Shown piece after piece: positions 12,486 through 25,660 of a stretch of DNA of 64,000 nucleotides; position 1 is the stretch's first letter; each line of letters begins with the position of its first letter. The DNA is from Octopus sinensis (lineage: Eukaryota): assembly GCF_006345805.1 (NCBI RefSeq), contig NC_043006.1:10974001-11038000 (forward strand). Direction: 5' to 3'. Under the pieces are notes generated by a model that was not told the origin of the DNA, ran no database searches, and saw nothing but the letters and a program-made list of their open reading frames with translations. Made by a program: the position numbers and the translations under genes.

Positions 12486-13520
12486 AGATGCAGCACGAAG
12501 TTTTGTCAGTGAACACGTCGCGGTCTCAAAGCGACGAAAATATTTTAACAAATTAAATTTTAATGTTGAAGTGAATCTAACGGTTTATAAATGGCTTATA
12601 AACACCTTCCACTCTGCAATCGTTTTCGTTCCAGCACACAATCTCAGATCGAGTCACTCGCTATGCAAGTACATCTCCGTAAGTCGTAACTTTATCCGAT
12701 CTAAAAGAGGATTCTGTAAAATCGGTGCCATACCTGTATCTAACTAATCAACGGGTGATCGAGGAATGGGTAACATTTTACTATTGTGAGGTTTGTTATC
12801 CAATATTAGGAGCAATTATTTCGTTGCTTCAAGACTTCAGATGCTACACGGCTAAAGAATAATAGTGTTGTTTGAACAAATAATTATTACTGAGTTTAAT
12901 AGTATTTTCATGCATGTTGCTGTTGTTACCGTTGTCTTACATTACATATTAATAAGTGTGTTTTTACTCATGTGCCTCTTAATCAAGTTGACTTAATTTT
13001 TATACCTATTTACGTTCTGTAGAATTTAAAAACCATAAGAGGAAAACACCGTGTATCGCTTCATGTTCTAAAAATTTACTGTCGAATATGTCGCCCCTGG
13101 GTCTTGTGTTGAAGGTTAATCCAGAGCTAATCCCTCCAAACCACGAAATGTTTCCAATCTTGGCACAGGGTTAGTAATGTTGAAAAGAGGAGATAACTTG
13201 ATAACATCGGGTCCAATACTTGACTACTACTATTTTCATGGACTTCAAAAGGATCAAAAGTAAAGTTGACGTTGGCAGCACTTGAACTGAGAACATAACA
13301 CGCCAGAAGAAATACCGCTTAGTATTTTGTCGAACGTACTAACGATTCCGCCACTTGGCTCCGTGCTGCATCACGAGATGCAGCACGGATTTTTGTCAGT
13401 GAAGAGGTCGCGGTCTTAAAGCGAAGAAAATATTTTGACAAATTAAACTTAAATGTTGAAGTGAATCGAACGGCTTTTGTGTGTTCCTTAAATGGCTTAC
13501 AAACACCTTCCACGCTGCAA
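12486..13520 (+). repeat. Two related ~135-150 bp direct copies (12486-12620 and 13371-13520) of an unclassified repeat
   Basis: GAGATGCAGCACG..TTTTGTCAGTGAA..GTCGCGGTCT..AAAGCGA.GAAAATATTTT.ACAAATTAAA..TAAATGGCTTA.AAACACCTTCCAC.CTGCAAT occurs twice. Confidence 0.7.
13200..13362 (-). mobile_element. Old diverged relative of SINE family A
   Basis: AAAAGTAAAGTTGACGTTGGCAGCACTTGAACTGAGAAC..GAAATACCGCTTAGTATTTTG matches family A with many substitutions. Confidence 0.55.
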
Positions 13521-13788
13521 TTGTGTATGTACATATATATATATAATATATTAATAAATAAAATAAACCATATGCATATATATAAACATATATGTACGTA
13601 CCTACCTCTACATGTACATATACACGCATATATGAGTACAGAACACCAAAAGGACGTCGAACACAATGAGAAACGAAAACATAGACACAAACCAAAGGAA
13701 CTGGACATTTTTTTAAACAACAAAAAAATAGAGTACAGGACAATTAACACAAAGAAAAAACCCCTTCTTCAGTCGCTATGGTTTCATC

Positions 13789-13829
<41 letters not shown>

Positions 13830-13832
<3 letters not shown>

Positions 13833-14075
13833 TGGTGTATGTGTCTTTGTGTCTGTGTTTACCTCACCCCACTCCACCCGCCAACGCTTGACAACTAGTG
13901 TGGTGTGATTACGTCTCCCTAACTTAGCGGTTCGGCAAAAGTATCCAATAGAATAAATAACAGACTTAAAAGCTAAAAAAAATACTGGAAATTGATTCGT
14001 TCGACTAAGATTGTTCAAAGCGGAGCTCCAGCATGGCCGTAGCCTAATGACTGAAACAAGTAAAAGATAAAAGAT
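13830..14075 (+). mobile_element. SINE family C, 3' half
   Basis: Starts at the internal microsatellite, ends GAAACAAGTAAAAGATAAAAGA. Confidence 0.75.
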
Positions 14076-14391
14076 ATAGTGTATGTCACTAAAGCAATGT
14101 AGAAAAGCCAACGTTTCAACCGACAACCGTAAGCAGCCTGTTGCTGCAGACTATGTATGTCATGATGGTGCGATGGAATAGATATCGAGCTGGCACCTGA
14201 CATTAACATCGTTGTCACGTGCGAGTTCTTTGAGTGTCTAAAATGTCAGATAAATTCGCAGAAGTAGGTCTGTGTAAAAACCAATCGTTTAACAAGGTGT
14301 ATATAGACCACTGAGTAGGAGGTGTTGCAATCATATAGACACTGGGAGAGAAGAAGTGCGAAACAGAGGGAGACAGACAGAAAGGAAGATG

Positions 14392-14473
<82 letters not shown>

Positions 14474-14523
14474 GAGTGAGATTTTCTTCGATATATAGAT
14501 ATATAGAGAAAGAGAGAGATAGA

Positions 14524-14559
<36 letters not shown>

Positions 14560-14563
<4 letters not shown>

Positions 14564-14960
14564 AAACAAGTCAAAAATAGAAAATGCTAAAATAATTTTA
14601 TAGTGAACATTTCAGTACCGGTTTCGGTCATTTTGAGACCTTTTCAACTGTAACGATTAAATAATTAAATTTAGAAAAATTAGAAGAAAAGTTTTTTTAA
14701 AAGAATATTTCTATAGTAGTGTTCAGATTTAAGTGGCATTCTGCCTTTCTCTGACTCCCTTGTTTGCACTTGTGTGTCGGAGGTCGTTGTGAGTTCTTGG
14801 AAGGGTAGTAGAGGAAGAAGGCTGGTGGGGAGAATCTGGGAGTGCCCTGATGGTCGTATTTTGAATGGTCAGTGGCGGCTGGCAGTCTCAGTTCAATTCA
14901 GGAGAATATTTATATTGACAGGCTTGTTTATAGAATTAGCGTAGGTGTTATACTAAAAAA
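14560..14960 (-). mobile_element. Penelope-like element 3' remnant (pseudo-LTR)
   Basis: Possible ORF end ..KYSPELN* (weak, GIY-YIG C-terminus-like), HHR at 14613-14650, terminates in (TA)n. Confidence 0.5.
14613..14650 (-). ncRNA. Minimal type I hammerhead, U3-A8 core variant
   Basis: CAG-UUGAAAA-GGUC(UCAAAAU)GACC-GAA-ACCGGU-A^-CUG. Confidence 0.6.
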
Positions 14961-14997
14961 CATTAGTGACAAAGTTAAGGGGTAGGGGGTGGAGAAG

Positions 14998-15265
14998 TAG
15001 AAGAAGAAGAAGAAGAAGAAGAAGAAGAAGAAGAAGGAGAAGATGACGATGATGGTGGTGGTGGTGATGATTATGACGACGATGATGATGATAATGATGA
15101 TGATGAAGAAGAAGAAGAAGAAGAAGAAGAAGGAGGAGAAGGAGAAGATGGTGGTGATGATGGTGGTGATGATGGTGGTGATGATGATGACGACGATGAT
15201 GATGATAATGATGATGATGAAGAAGAAGAGGAAGAAGATATATATATATATATATAGATAGATAA

Positions 15266-15348
<83 letters not shown>
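14998..15348. repeat. Compound (GAA)n/(GAT,GGT)n block repeated twice, then (TA)n(GATA)n
   Basis: Direct reading; source of several spurious ORFs. Confidence 0.9.
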
Positions 15349-15969
15349 AGTGCTCCACTCATTTACTAGAGTCAATTCAATTCCTCTCTCCTAAAATGTG
15401 CCAAATTTGGAAATCCTTATTATTTAAATATTTATTTATGTATCTATGTTTTTATTTTATTTAATTAACTGTTTATTAATTTATTTGCAGTACAAGCTTT
15501 AAGGATCGGTATGGAAATTATTATTGCCAGTTTTGACAGTATTTCTGAAGTCAATATGGTAAGTTGTATTTTTCTATCCCATAGAATTAGCTTTCGTTGC
15601 CATATTTCTGCTGAAATTCATTGAATTTGTTTCAATTAATTTTAAAAAATAACGAAAGGTATACTAAACAGAACAGGAGCAAACACGTGGATGGAAAAAC
15701 TGCTGAAGAAGTTACAGATGTGTGGCGAAAGGTTTCCAGACAATGAACATAATATAAAATAAGAACAATAGTAAATGAGTGAAGAACGAATATGCAGTGC
15801 GGGTATTTAGTTGAAAAGAAAAGAAATTGTCATTCCGAAATGGAAAAATTACTAAAATATCTTTATGATTATTAAGCTGATGTCAGAAACTTAAGCTAAT
15901 ACAAACTTTGATGGGGGGGGGGGGTTGAATGCAGATAATTTTGTCTTTTGTTACCACATTTCTGTTGAA

Positions 15970-16548
15970 GGCGGCGAGCTGGCAGAAACGTTAGCACACC
16001 GGGCAAAATGCTTAGCGGTATTTCGTCTGCCGTTACGTTCTGAGTTGCAATTCCGCCGAGGTCGACTTTGCCTTTCATCCTTTCGGGGTCGTTAAATTAA
16101 GTACTAGTTACGCACTGGTGTCGATATAATCGACTTAATCCGTGTGTCTGTCCTTGTTTGTCCCCTTTGCGTTTAGCCCCTTCTGGGCAGTAAAGAAATA
16201 GGTATTTTGTCTGCCGTCACGTTCTGAGTTCAAATTCCGCCGCGGTCAACTTTGCCTTTCATTCTTTCGGGGTCGTTAAATTAAGTACCAGTTACGCACT
16301 GGGGTCGATATAATCGACTTAATGTTTGTCTGTCCTTGTTTGTCCTCTCTGTGTTTAGCCCTCTGTGGATAGTAAAGAAATAGGTATTTCACTCGTCACC
16401 ATGTTCTGAGTTCAAATCCCGCTGAGGTCGACTTCGCGTTTCATCCTTTCGTAATCGATAAATTAAATACCAGTGAAACACTGGGGTCAAAGTAATCGGC
16501 TACTCTCTTCCCCGAAAGTGTAAGGCCTTGTGCCTTTAGTAGAAAAGA
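15970..16548 (+). mobile_element. SINE family A, head + 3 units; third unit has a different, older-type tail
   Basis: Junctions at ~16200 and ~16382; third unit diverges after AATTAAATACCAG. Confidence 0.85.
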
Positions 16549-16654
16549 TTGCTGTTGTTGTTATTCTCATTATTATGTTATATCAACTATGACGTCTTGC
16601 TATAAAAATATATTGGAATTTAAAAAATAACTCTTTTTTTTATAAATATTAATA

Positions 16655-16669
16655 TCATCATCAGCTTGG

Positions 16670-16702
<33 letters not shown>

Positions 16703-16730
16703 CATCATCACCATTATCATCACCATCATC

Positions 16731-16792
<62 letters not shown>

Positions 16793-16816
16793 CAGCAGCA
16801 GCAGCAGCAGCAGTAA

Positions 16817-16862
<46 letters not shown>
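16655..16862. repeat. (CAT)n(AGT)n(AGC)n(AGT)n compound microsatellite
   Basis: Direct reading. Confidence 0.95.
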
Positions 16863-17454
16863 TCGCAAAATAATATTTGTGAAAAGTGGTGTTGGAAAGA
16901 AAAAGAGAAGTCGTGAGTGATTGAAAATATCTTTTCCAAAAGATGAAGAGCAATCGATAAAAAAAAAAAACCTATCGTCTGCTAACTTCCATTGCGCATT
17001 TGTTTCTCGTTTCAATAAGAGCATGTCATAACCATAAAATGCTCCGTTGAATTTGGCTTTGCTAAATGGTTATGTGCAAGATTTCTTAACAAATATAGCT
17101 AATAATATTCCTAATGAGACATCATTTTATTGCGTTGGTTAAAGGGTAATACAGATTGCAGCAAAAATATCCTCCTTCGCAGGAAAATTACTGACTTGCC
17201 TCAGGAAACCATTTTGTGGACGATGTCGTCATATAACCCGATAATTATAATAGAACAAGCATATAAATAATGATTTCTCATACTAATAAAAAGTGGGATA
17301 TAAAGATGGTTGTTCGCTTTAGCTCCTCGTAAAATATAAAATATGAATAATGTAATAATTTTTATGCTTTGATTTAAAATCCTTCCAGGGGTTTCTAATT
17401 TATTCCTACCCCTATTTTGTCTACTCTTTTGTCGACTCCATAAGTAAGTATGTA

Positions 17455-17708
17455 CTGTCTCGAATGTTAGGACCCATAGAGCAGGTCAACTAGTTTCCAT
17501 GGCGTATGAGTGACCAAGATTACAACACTGCTCCTAAACGGGACGCCGGTCCGTCGCTGAGTTAATCATTTTTAGCTGGGTTGATTAGAGGAACTTCAAA
17601 TGAAGTGTTTTGCTTAAGAACACAATATGCTGCCTGTACAGGGAATCGAAACCATCATCTTGCGATTGTGCGTGCAACAACTTAAGAACTAGGCCACGCG
17701 CCTTCACT
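17455..17708 (-). mobile_element. SINE family G with T3-like tail
   Basis: Head GTGAAGGCGCGTGGCCTAG; tail GCGACGGACCGGCGTCCCGT resembles GCGACGGACCGGCTTCCCGT of the 51104-51400 element. Confidence 0.6.
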
Positions 17709-18029
17709 GTCGACCCTACGAGATAACAGCAAGAACCCCGGCTCAAGTACTGGTGTCAGTTTAATAGACTATAAATACTAATAAACTTAGTGCGTTTCTA
17801 CGAGGGGGTGCTGAAAACACACACACACACACATACACACACACATACACACATACACACACACACACATACACACACACACACACACACACATGACGCA
17901 ATTCCCTTTGCCAGAATTTTGGAAACGACGTGCTCTACTTCTTGGCATTCGCACCTGAAGATTCAATACGAAATTTTCACAGGGCTTGGGTGTCAATCTC
18001 AGATCAGGGCAAGCTGAGGACATGTACCG

Positions 18030-18578
18030 AGAGTGATGAAAATCAAACATCCAGTCAACATCATGGTGTTGGGAATGATGGCGACGTTATGCCTCCATTC
18101 ATCTTGCCATATGGCCTCAGTCGATGAGGCCTACCTCAAGTGCCTGGAGGTAGTACTGCTGCTCTGGGTCAATGGGGTGGCTGTTGGAACTGTTCTTGTC
18201 AGCCTCCCCTTGATTTAGCCCCTGGCCAGCTCCGGATGCCATGCCACACAAACGGGAGAAACCAGTCGTGGCTATCAAACAATTTCTGCAACCACATTGC
18301 CCCTAACATCTGGCCACATAACTTCCCAGAGTGCAACCCCCTAGATTATTACGGATGGGGTGCAGTTGATCGAGAGACCAACAAAACTCCTTGTAACACA
18401 AAAGATGAACTGAAGGCAAGGAATAGTGCAGCATCCACCAAATTGAACAAAGGGGCCGCCCAGAGGAGTTGTAGGAGATTCTGAAGTCGCCTGGAGGCTG
18501 TGGTTGAAGCCAATGAGATGTCAGTGTTACTTTCATTTTGGCGTAATTTAGATGACAGTTTATTTACTGCACTCTGTG
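18030..18578 (+). mobile_element. Decayed maT/DD37D-like Tc1/mariner transposase 3' fragment
   Basis: Frameshifted pieces MKIKHPVNIMVLG / DGDVMPPFILPYGL / EAYLKCLEVVLL / CHTNGRNQSWLSNNF..IWPHNFPECNPLDYYGWGAVDRETNKTP..SRLEAVVEAN; possible right TIR ending CACTCTGTG-TA. Confidence 0.75.
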
Positions 18579-18598
18579 TATGTATGTATGTATGTATG

Positions 18599-18632
<34 letters not shown>

Positions 18633-19270
18633 TGTATGTATGTATGTATGTATGTATGTGTGTATTATGTATGTTTGTACTATGTATGTGTGTATATATG
18701 TATATATATATATGCATTTATACGACTATGTATGAATATTTTTCTATGTGTTCAGGCGTATGAATCTCTTTGTGCTTTAGTTCGTCTCCTTCTCGTCAAC
18801 CAGTCTTTGTTTGATAGCGACCCCGTAAATTAGCGATCTTCTGAACCAATAACAGTACTATAAGTACCAGACTTGAAAACAATACTTACGTCGATTTTCT
18901 CGACATATAATTTTACTTTGTTGGGGTCACTTGCTGGCCTATAAAAAAAAGACACGTATTGCTTTATTATCTTATTATTGATAAACTAATTAGCTACTTT
19001 GTCACTCAATTGGTTTTTCAAAGTATTTCCTGATACAACTGAAACTTTTCAGGTCTTTACATATATTTCACGCTTCACATGAACAGCTAACACTTAAAAG
19101 CAAACAGAAGAAAGCAAACAATAGAATTCGTTAGCAAATTTGGCCTAAGTATTTCCTTCATAACTAAACTAATTGTCGTTAATTTTCATTTTCATATATT
19201 ACTCTAACCCTATAGAAAACGAAACGATGGCATACGCTGCTTTAGTGAAAACACATATCACCCTCCATTA

Positions 19271-19654
19271 GGCTTGGCTGTGTGGTAAGAAGTTTGTTCT
19301 CAAACCACATGGTTCCGGGTTCAGTCCCACTGCGTGATACCCTGGGCAAGTGTCTTCTAGTATAGCCGCGGTCTAACCAAAAATTTGTGAGTGGATTTGG
19401 TAGACGGAAACTGAAAGAAGCCCGTCGTATATATATTCGTGTGCGCGTGTCTTTGTGTCTGTTTTTGTCCTCTCATCATCATTTCACAACCGGTGTTGAT
19501 GTGTTTACGTTTCCATAAGCTAGTGGTTCGGCAAGACTGATAGAATAAGTGCTAGGCTTTAAAAAAATAAGTTCTGGAGTCGATTTGTTCGACTGAAATT
19601 CTTCAAGGCGGTGTTCCAGCATGGCCGCAGTCAAATGACTGAAACAAGTAAAAG
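19271..19654 (+). mobile_element. SINE family C
   Basis: Near full-length family C sequence. Confidence 0.85.
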
Positions 19655-20200
19655 ATTATTATCAAGAAATTAATCACTACATATTTTTCTTCTATTTTCA
19701 ATGTTCCAAAGGTCGTTCCAACATAACTCGTTAGGCTCCGTGATGTGGTCAATAGAATTGCTAGAAATAGCCACCAAATCTCTTTCACACATCTCAGCTA
19801 GTGAAGGATGTCCTAGAAACACACTATGCCTGAAAAGTAGAGAGGATAGTCATTTATGGAACGCCAATGATCGTAGTTTTGCCAAATCAGGGCTAAACAA
19901 GGACTAGTTAATCATAAACTGATCCAACGACTTACAGTGATCACCTACCCCTTGGTATTAGTTCTCAGAATTAAATAATCTGAAGAATTTGGACAGTGAG
20001 ACAGCTTAAGTAGCGCCGGTGACAACAGCTGATAGTCTTGGCAATGTCTAAAGCAATAATAATGACAATTTTATTATTATTGTTTTACTACCCAGAGCGC
20101 TCGGACTTATTTGCTCTGGTTGATTGTGTGAGAGCTGACAGCAGCCTGTTGTCAGAGGTTTTACAGTGTCTCTTTCCACACATTATAAGCTTTGATAATT

Positions 20201-20614
20201 TACTCTTTTCCTCTTCTACTTGTTTCAGTTATTTGACTGTGGCCATGCTGGAGCACCGCCTTTAGTCGAGCAATTATACCCCAGGATTTATTCTTTGTCA
20301 GCCTAGTACTTATTCTATCGGTCTCTTTTGCCGAACCGCTAAGTTACGGGAACGTGAACAAACCAGCATCCGTTGTCAAGCGATGTTGGGGGAACACACA
20401 CAGACACACAAACATATACACACACATACATACATATTTATACATATATATATGAGGGGCTTTTTTCATTTTCAGTCTACCAAATCCACTCACAAGGCTT
20501 TGGTCGGCCCGAGGCTATAGTAGAAGTTACTTGCCCAAGGTGTCACGCAGTGGTACTGAACGCGGAACCATAGTTTGTAAGCAAGCTACTTACCACACAG
20601 CCACTCCTACGCCT
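20201..20614 (-). mobile_element. SINE family C
   Basis: Full-length family C sequence. Confidence 0.85.
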
Positions 20615-20840
20615 GGTTATTAATTGGTTATTAATTATTGCGGAAGACATTGAACACCCAGTTACCAATCTCATAATCATAGCTGTCACCAGCGGAGCAG
20701 TTTTATAGGCCTGATCTTCTCTCGTGTCAATTCTGATTTCTCCAGTTTTGATGTCATTGCTATAAAAACAAAATTGTTATTTAACCATGGGTCTTCTTTC
20801 TGAGACTACTAAGAAAATTTTAATTAATTGTTTTTATGTA

Positions 20841-21233
20841 AGCGCAGGCGTGGTTTTGTGGTGACAAGCTTGCTTCCCAACCAAATGGTACGGGTTCTAT
20901 CTCACCGCGTGACACCTTGGGTAGGTGTCTTCTACTTTAGTCACGAGCGGAAGTCTTGACAGAGGATTTGGTAGACGGAAACGGAAGAAGCCCATCATCT
21001 ATATGTATATATCCACGTGTGTGTGTATGTGTGTTTGGCTTTGTACCCTACAACCGCTTGAAAAACGGTGTTGGTGTGATTACGTCCCTGTAACTTAACA
21101 GTTCAGCCTTAGAGTCCGATAGAATAAATAACAGGCTTGGACCTGGGGGGGTTGATTTGTTCGACTAAAATATTTCAGGGCAGTGTCCCAGCGTGGCTGC
21201 AGTCAACTAAGTAAAACAATTAAAAGATAAAAG
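20841..21233 (+). mobile_element. SINE family C, diverged
   Basis: Full-length, older copy. Confidence 0.8.
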
Positions 21234-21872
21234 GTGCTATAATGCTTAAATTATTCATTGTAACTCATTGGATGATCATATTTGAAATCATGTAGGCCTA
21301 ATGCCTTCCCACAGAGTATTAAGCCCGTTAATGAATTCAGTTAATTAGTATTTTGTTCTGCTCAGTCATTTTGTTCACCGAAATTCATCTCCGATCCACT
21401 TAATTAAACAGAACTAGTAAACTTCATCGGCAAACGTGAAGAAAGATAAAGTGAGTTTCGCATAGAAGATTACAAACTGTCAAAAATTACTCTGGCGTTC
21501 AAGTATCTATTGTATTATCCTACTTCAGAAAAGGTCAACATTTAGAATATGATGAGTGGCGAAGCTAGTCTCTTTACATTCCTGAATTACTGATTTTAAC
21601 ACATCAACGCACGAAGATTCGGCTATTGTAAGTGTGTAATCGTTGACCTGACTATAACATAACGTAGGCGACTGTAATATTAACGAGGCGTAGTTAGGCC
21701 AATAATATACATTGATTTGATATTGCCCTCACTTGAACTGGTGTTTTTAACATTGCAACCACCCTACGTCTGATTCACAGCCAAAAACTTTTTTGCACAT
21801 AAACACACACACACACACACACACATTACACACAGAATGCATGATGCAAGTCCATACATATGTCTAAGTATG

Positions 21873-21914
<42 letters not shown>

Positions 21915-21936
21915 ATATATACACAAGAAAAAAGCA

Positions 21937-22003
<67 letters not shown>

Positions 22004-22717
22004 TATATACATACATGCATACATACATATATATATATATGTGTGTGTGTGTGTGTATGTATGTTTATGTATGTTTAAGTATGATAATATATATGTGTTT
22101 GAGTGTGTATATATATGTACACATTATATATGTATAAGTATGGTTATATGTGTGTGTGTATGTATGTGTATGTTAATAACATTACTTCTTTGTGAGTAAG
22201 GGAGAGAGGAGGGGAGAGCGTATGTACGTATTAATGAAAATAAAACATCATTTGACCCAATACCTGAGATGAAAAATCGTTGTCTGCATCTTCTAAGGGG
22301 AAAAAAAGGTTACCAGCAAATTAAGACACAAAAAACGGTATGGCATCGTATCCAATAAAAAAGCATTTCTGTTTCCAATACTTCTGAATTCTAATATTAG
22401 AGTTTTTTTTTAAAGAATTTCTATTGTTTCTTCAGACACTTATCTTTTATGTAATATAATGATGCTATTTCTAGTACATAACCTTTGCAATATAATATAT
22501 GTGTGTTTGTGACTATGTGTGTGTGTGTGAGTATGTGAGTATGTGTGTGTGTGTGCCAGAGTGCGTGTGGCTGTGTGTTTTGAGGATTTGACTGTGTTTG
22601 TATGAAGTGTATGCGCTTATATGTCTGTGTGTGTGTGTGTGTGTGTGTGCATGTGTGTTTGTGCGCGTATACACACGTCTATACTATGCTTCCACTAGTA
22701 GCATCTTAACACCCGTC

Positions 22718-22760
<43 letters not shown>

Positions 22761-22922
22761 ATATATCTATATATATATAACGGGGTGAAGATACTAGTAG
22801 AGGATTAATATAGACGTGTGCATACATGCACACACACAAACACACACACAGACATATATATATATACATACATATATATAGCTGCACACACACACACATA
22901 CACACACACACATAGATATATA

Positions 22923-23335
22923 GGCGGCGAGCTGACAGAAACGTTAGCGCGCCGGGCGAAATGCGTAGCGGTATTTCGTCTTACGTTACCTTCTCTAGTT
23001 CAAATTCCGCCGAGGTCGACTTTGCCTTTCATCCTTTCGAGGTCGATAAATTAAGTACTAGTTTCGCACTGGGGTCGATATAATCAACTTAATCCGTTTG
23101 TCTGTCCTTGTTTGTCCCCTCTATGTTTATCCCCTTGTGGGTAATAAAGAAATAGGTATTTCGTCTGTCGTTACGTTCTGAATTCAAATTCCGCCGAGGT
23201 CGACTTTGCCTTTCATCTTTTCGGGGTCGATAAATTAAGTACCAGTTACGCAATTGGCTCGATATAATCGACTTAATCCCTCTGTCTGTCCTTGTTTGTC
23301 CCCTTTGTGTTTAGCCCCTTGTGAGTAGTAAAGAA

Positions 23336-23338
<3 letters not shown>
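22923..23338 (+). mobile_element. SINE family A, head + 2 units
   Basis: Junction AAAGAAATAGGTATTTCGTC at ~23148. Confidence 0.85.
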
Positions 23339-23399
<61 letters not shown>

Positions 23400-23504
23400 T
23401 ATATATATATATATTTGTATAAAGTGAGAGAGAACGAGAGAGAAAGATTCAAAAAACGACGGTGGGTTGAAAAGGCAACATATGAAGGAAAGATGCCAGA
23501 GCAG

Positions 23505-24505
23505 TGAACTCTTTCATGCATTAATTTCAATCCTTCTTGTTGTTTGTTTCCAGCTAAACTGACCTCTGACTATTCAAAGATGACTTCAAAAGTAATTAGT
23601 AGCCAATTCTCTTGAAAACAGACGAAATTTAAGGAGGTGGTGTTATCAAGTACCTGCCAAAAAACGGTTTAGCCTTCTTGGTATTGCCATACTGAGACAG
23701 TCGCTACGTTAAAGGCTGGCGCTCCAGTGGACAGCTGAGTTTAGGACAGTAAGAGAGAATCTTGAAGGTGACTCAAAGTCTAGAAATCTTCCAGCTCCCT
23801 TCACCGAGGAAAACATTGACCGTGTTCACCACATTATGAATGAATGACAGGCAATTGATAATAGAATAAATAGCCAATGTTATTAGCCACATTTTCTGAC
23901 ACCTGATCAAAAACGTAGTAGGCTGATCGATCTGATTGTTTCAAACAGGCTGATCAATCATATTGTTTAAAGCAGATACAGCTGGATCCCTTCAACGGTT
24001 ATTAACACAGAATGAGAAAAAGGTACATCAGTTTGAGTCAGAAACAAAGGCGCAATCCATACAGTGTAAACAATCAGTGGAAACACCTGCTACAAAGGAG
24101 GAGGCCAAGGTCGTTTCGTCTGGTTTACAAAAAGCATTGTGTTTATCTTCAAAAGGGCCACACCATCAATGGAGAGTACTATGTCAACTTCCTGAGGCTG
24201 TTACGAAAGGCCATCAAGAACAAACGTCCAGGAACAGTTCTCTAGTACACAAATCTTTGGTTTCAGTGGTTGCTATGTGTGATTGTATCTTTGAACTGGT
24301 TGATGGCTCTTCCTATTCTCCTGGTTTAGCCTCTTCTGACTATCATCTGTTCCCCAGCATGCGAAAAACACTGGGCTGGAAACCAATATTGTAGTGATAT
24401 CATATTTGAGAATCAGGATGAAAGCTTCTTCGCCAATAGTATCCAAGTGTTGAAACACCGACTCACAAAATGCGTGAAACGCAAGGCGGAATATGTGTAT
24501 ATATG
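23505..24505 (+). mobile_element. Decayed mariner (DD34D-type) transposase, TIRs not found
   Basis: Frameshifted pieces LQRLLTQNEKKVHQFESETKAQSIQ, YLQKGHTINGEYYVNFLRLLRKAIKNKRPG, FELVDGSSYSPGLASSDYHLFP (YSPDLAPSD motif). Confidence 0.8.
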
Positions 24506-24509
24506 TTTT

Positions 24510-24711
24510 TAGTCGTTTTATTTGTTTAAGGCATTTGACTGCGGCCATCTGGAGCACTGCCTTTAGTCGGACAAATCGACCCAGGAGTTATTCTTTGTAA
24601 GGCTAGAACTTATTCTGTCGGTCTCTTTTTGCGAACCGCTAATTTACAGGGACGTAAACACACCAACATCGGTTGTCAAGCGATGGTGGGGACAAACACA
24701 GATGCACAAAC

Positions 24712-24756
<45 letters not shown>

Positions 24757-24844
24757 ATACGACAGGCTTCTTTCAGTTTCTGTCTACCAAATCCACTCTT
24801 AAGGCTGTTGGTCGTGGAACTGAACCAAAAGCATGTGGTTGGGA

Positions 24845-24845
<1 letters not shown>
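24510..24845 (-). mobile_element. SINE family C, internally deleted
   Basis: Family C tail and middle; 5' part shortened. Confidence 0.8.
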
Positions 24846-24888
<43 letters not shown>

Positions 24889-24910
24889 ATATATATACAT
24901 ACATATATAT

Positions 24911-24993
<83 letters not shown>

Positions 24994-25499
24994 ACTATAT
25001 ATATATACACACACATATATATATATACATATATAGAATGAACACACATGCCAGCATACACATGTGTCTGTGTGTGTGCGTTCGTGTGTTTCTATAGACA
25101 TCGTGTATCTAAATCTCGAAACATGTTGGCAATATTGATTAATAACACAATTATATCCTCAGCGTGATATAATCATTATGGTACATTGATATTAGTTTAA
25201 AAAGAAAAATGGTGAAATACTTTATAAGACAATGTTAATAACTAAAGTTGGAAGCTCTATACGAAAGAACACAAACTTTTACATCAGAGTTGTGGAACAG
25301 AGCTGAACGCTCAGTGAATCTGTCTTATTTCGTTTCTTATAATAGTATTACGTATCCTACCATTATTCTTCCCAAATGGACAATTATACATCGTTGTTTT
25401 GTAATTCGCAGTATAATAAGTAGAGATTATAAGTAGAGATTTCATTTTACATATATCATTCTTTTTGCAAGTTATATCATATTCTGCACCAAAATATCT

Positions 25500-25611
25500 C
25501 TCTCTATAGGCATATATATATTCATCATCATCATCACCATCGTCATCACCATTATCTTCATCGTCATCATCATCATCATCATCATCATCATCGTCATTAT
25601 CATCATCATCA

Positions 25612-25657
<46 letters not shown>

Positions 25658-25660
25658 GTT
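25500..25660. repeat. Degenerate (CAT)n microsatellite
   Basis: Direct reading. Confidence 0.95.
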
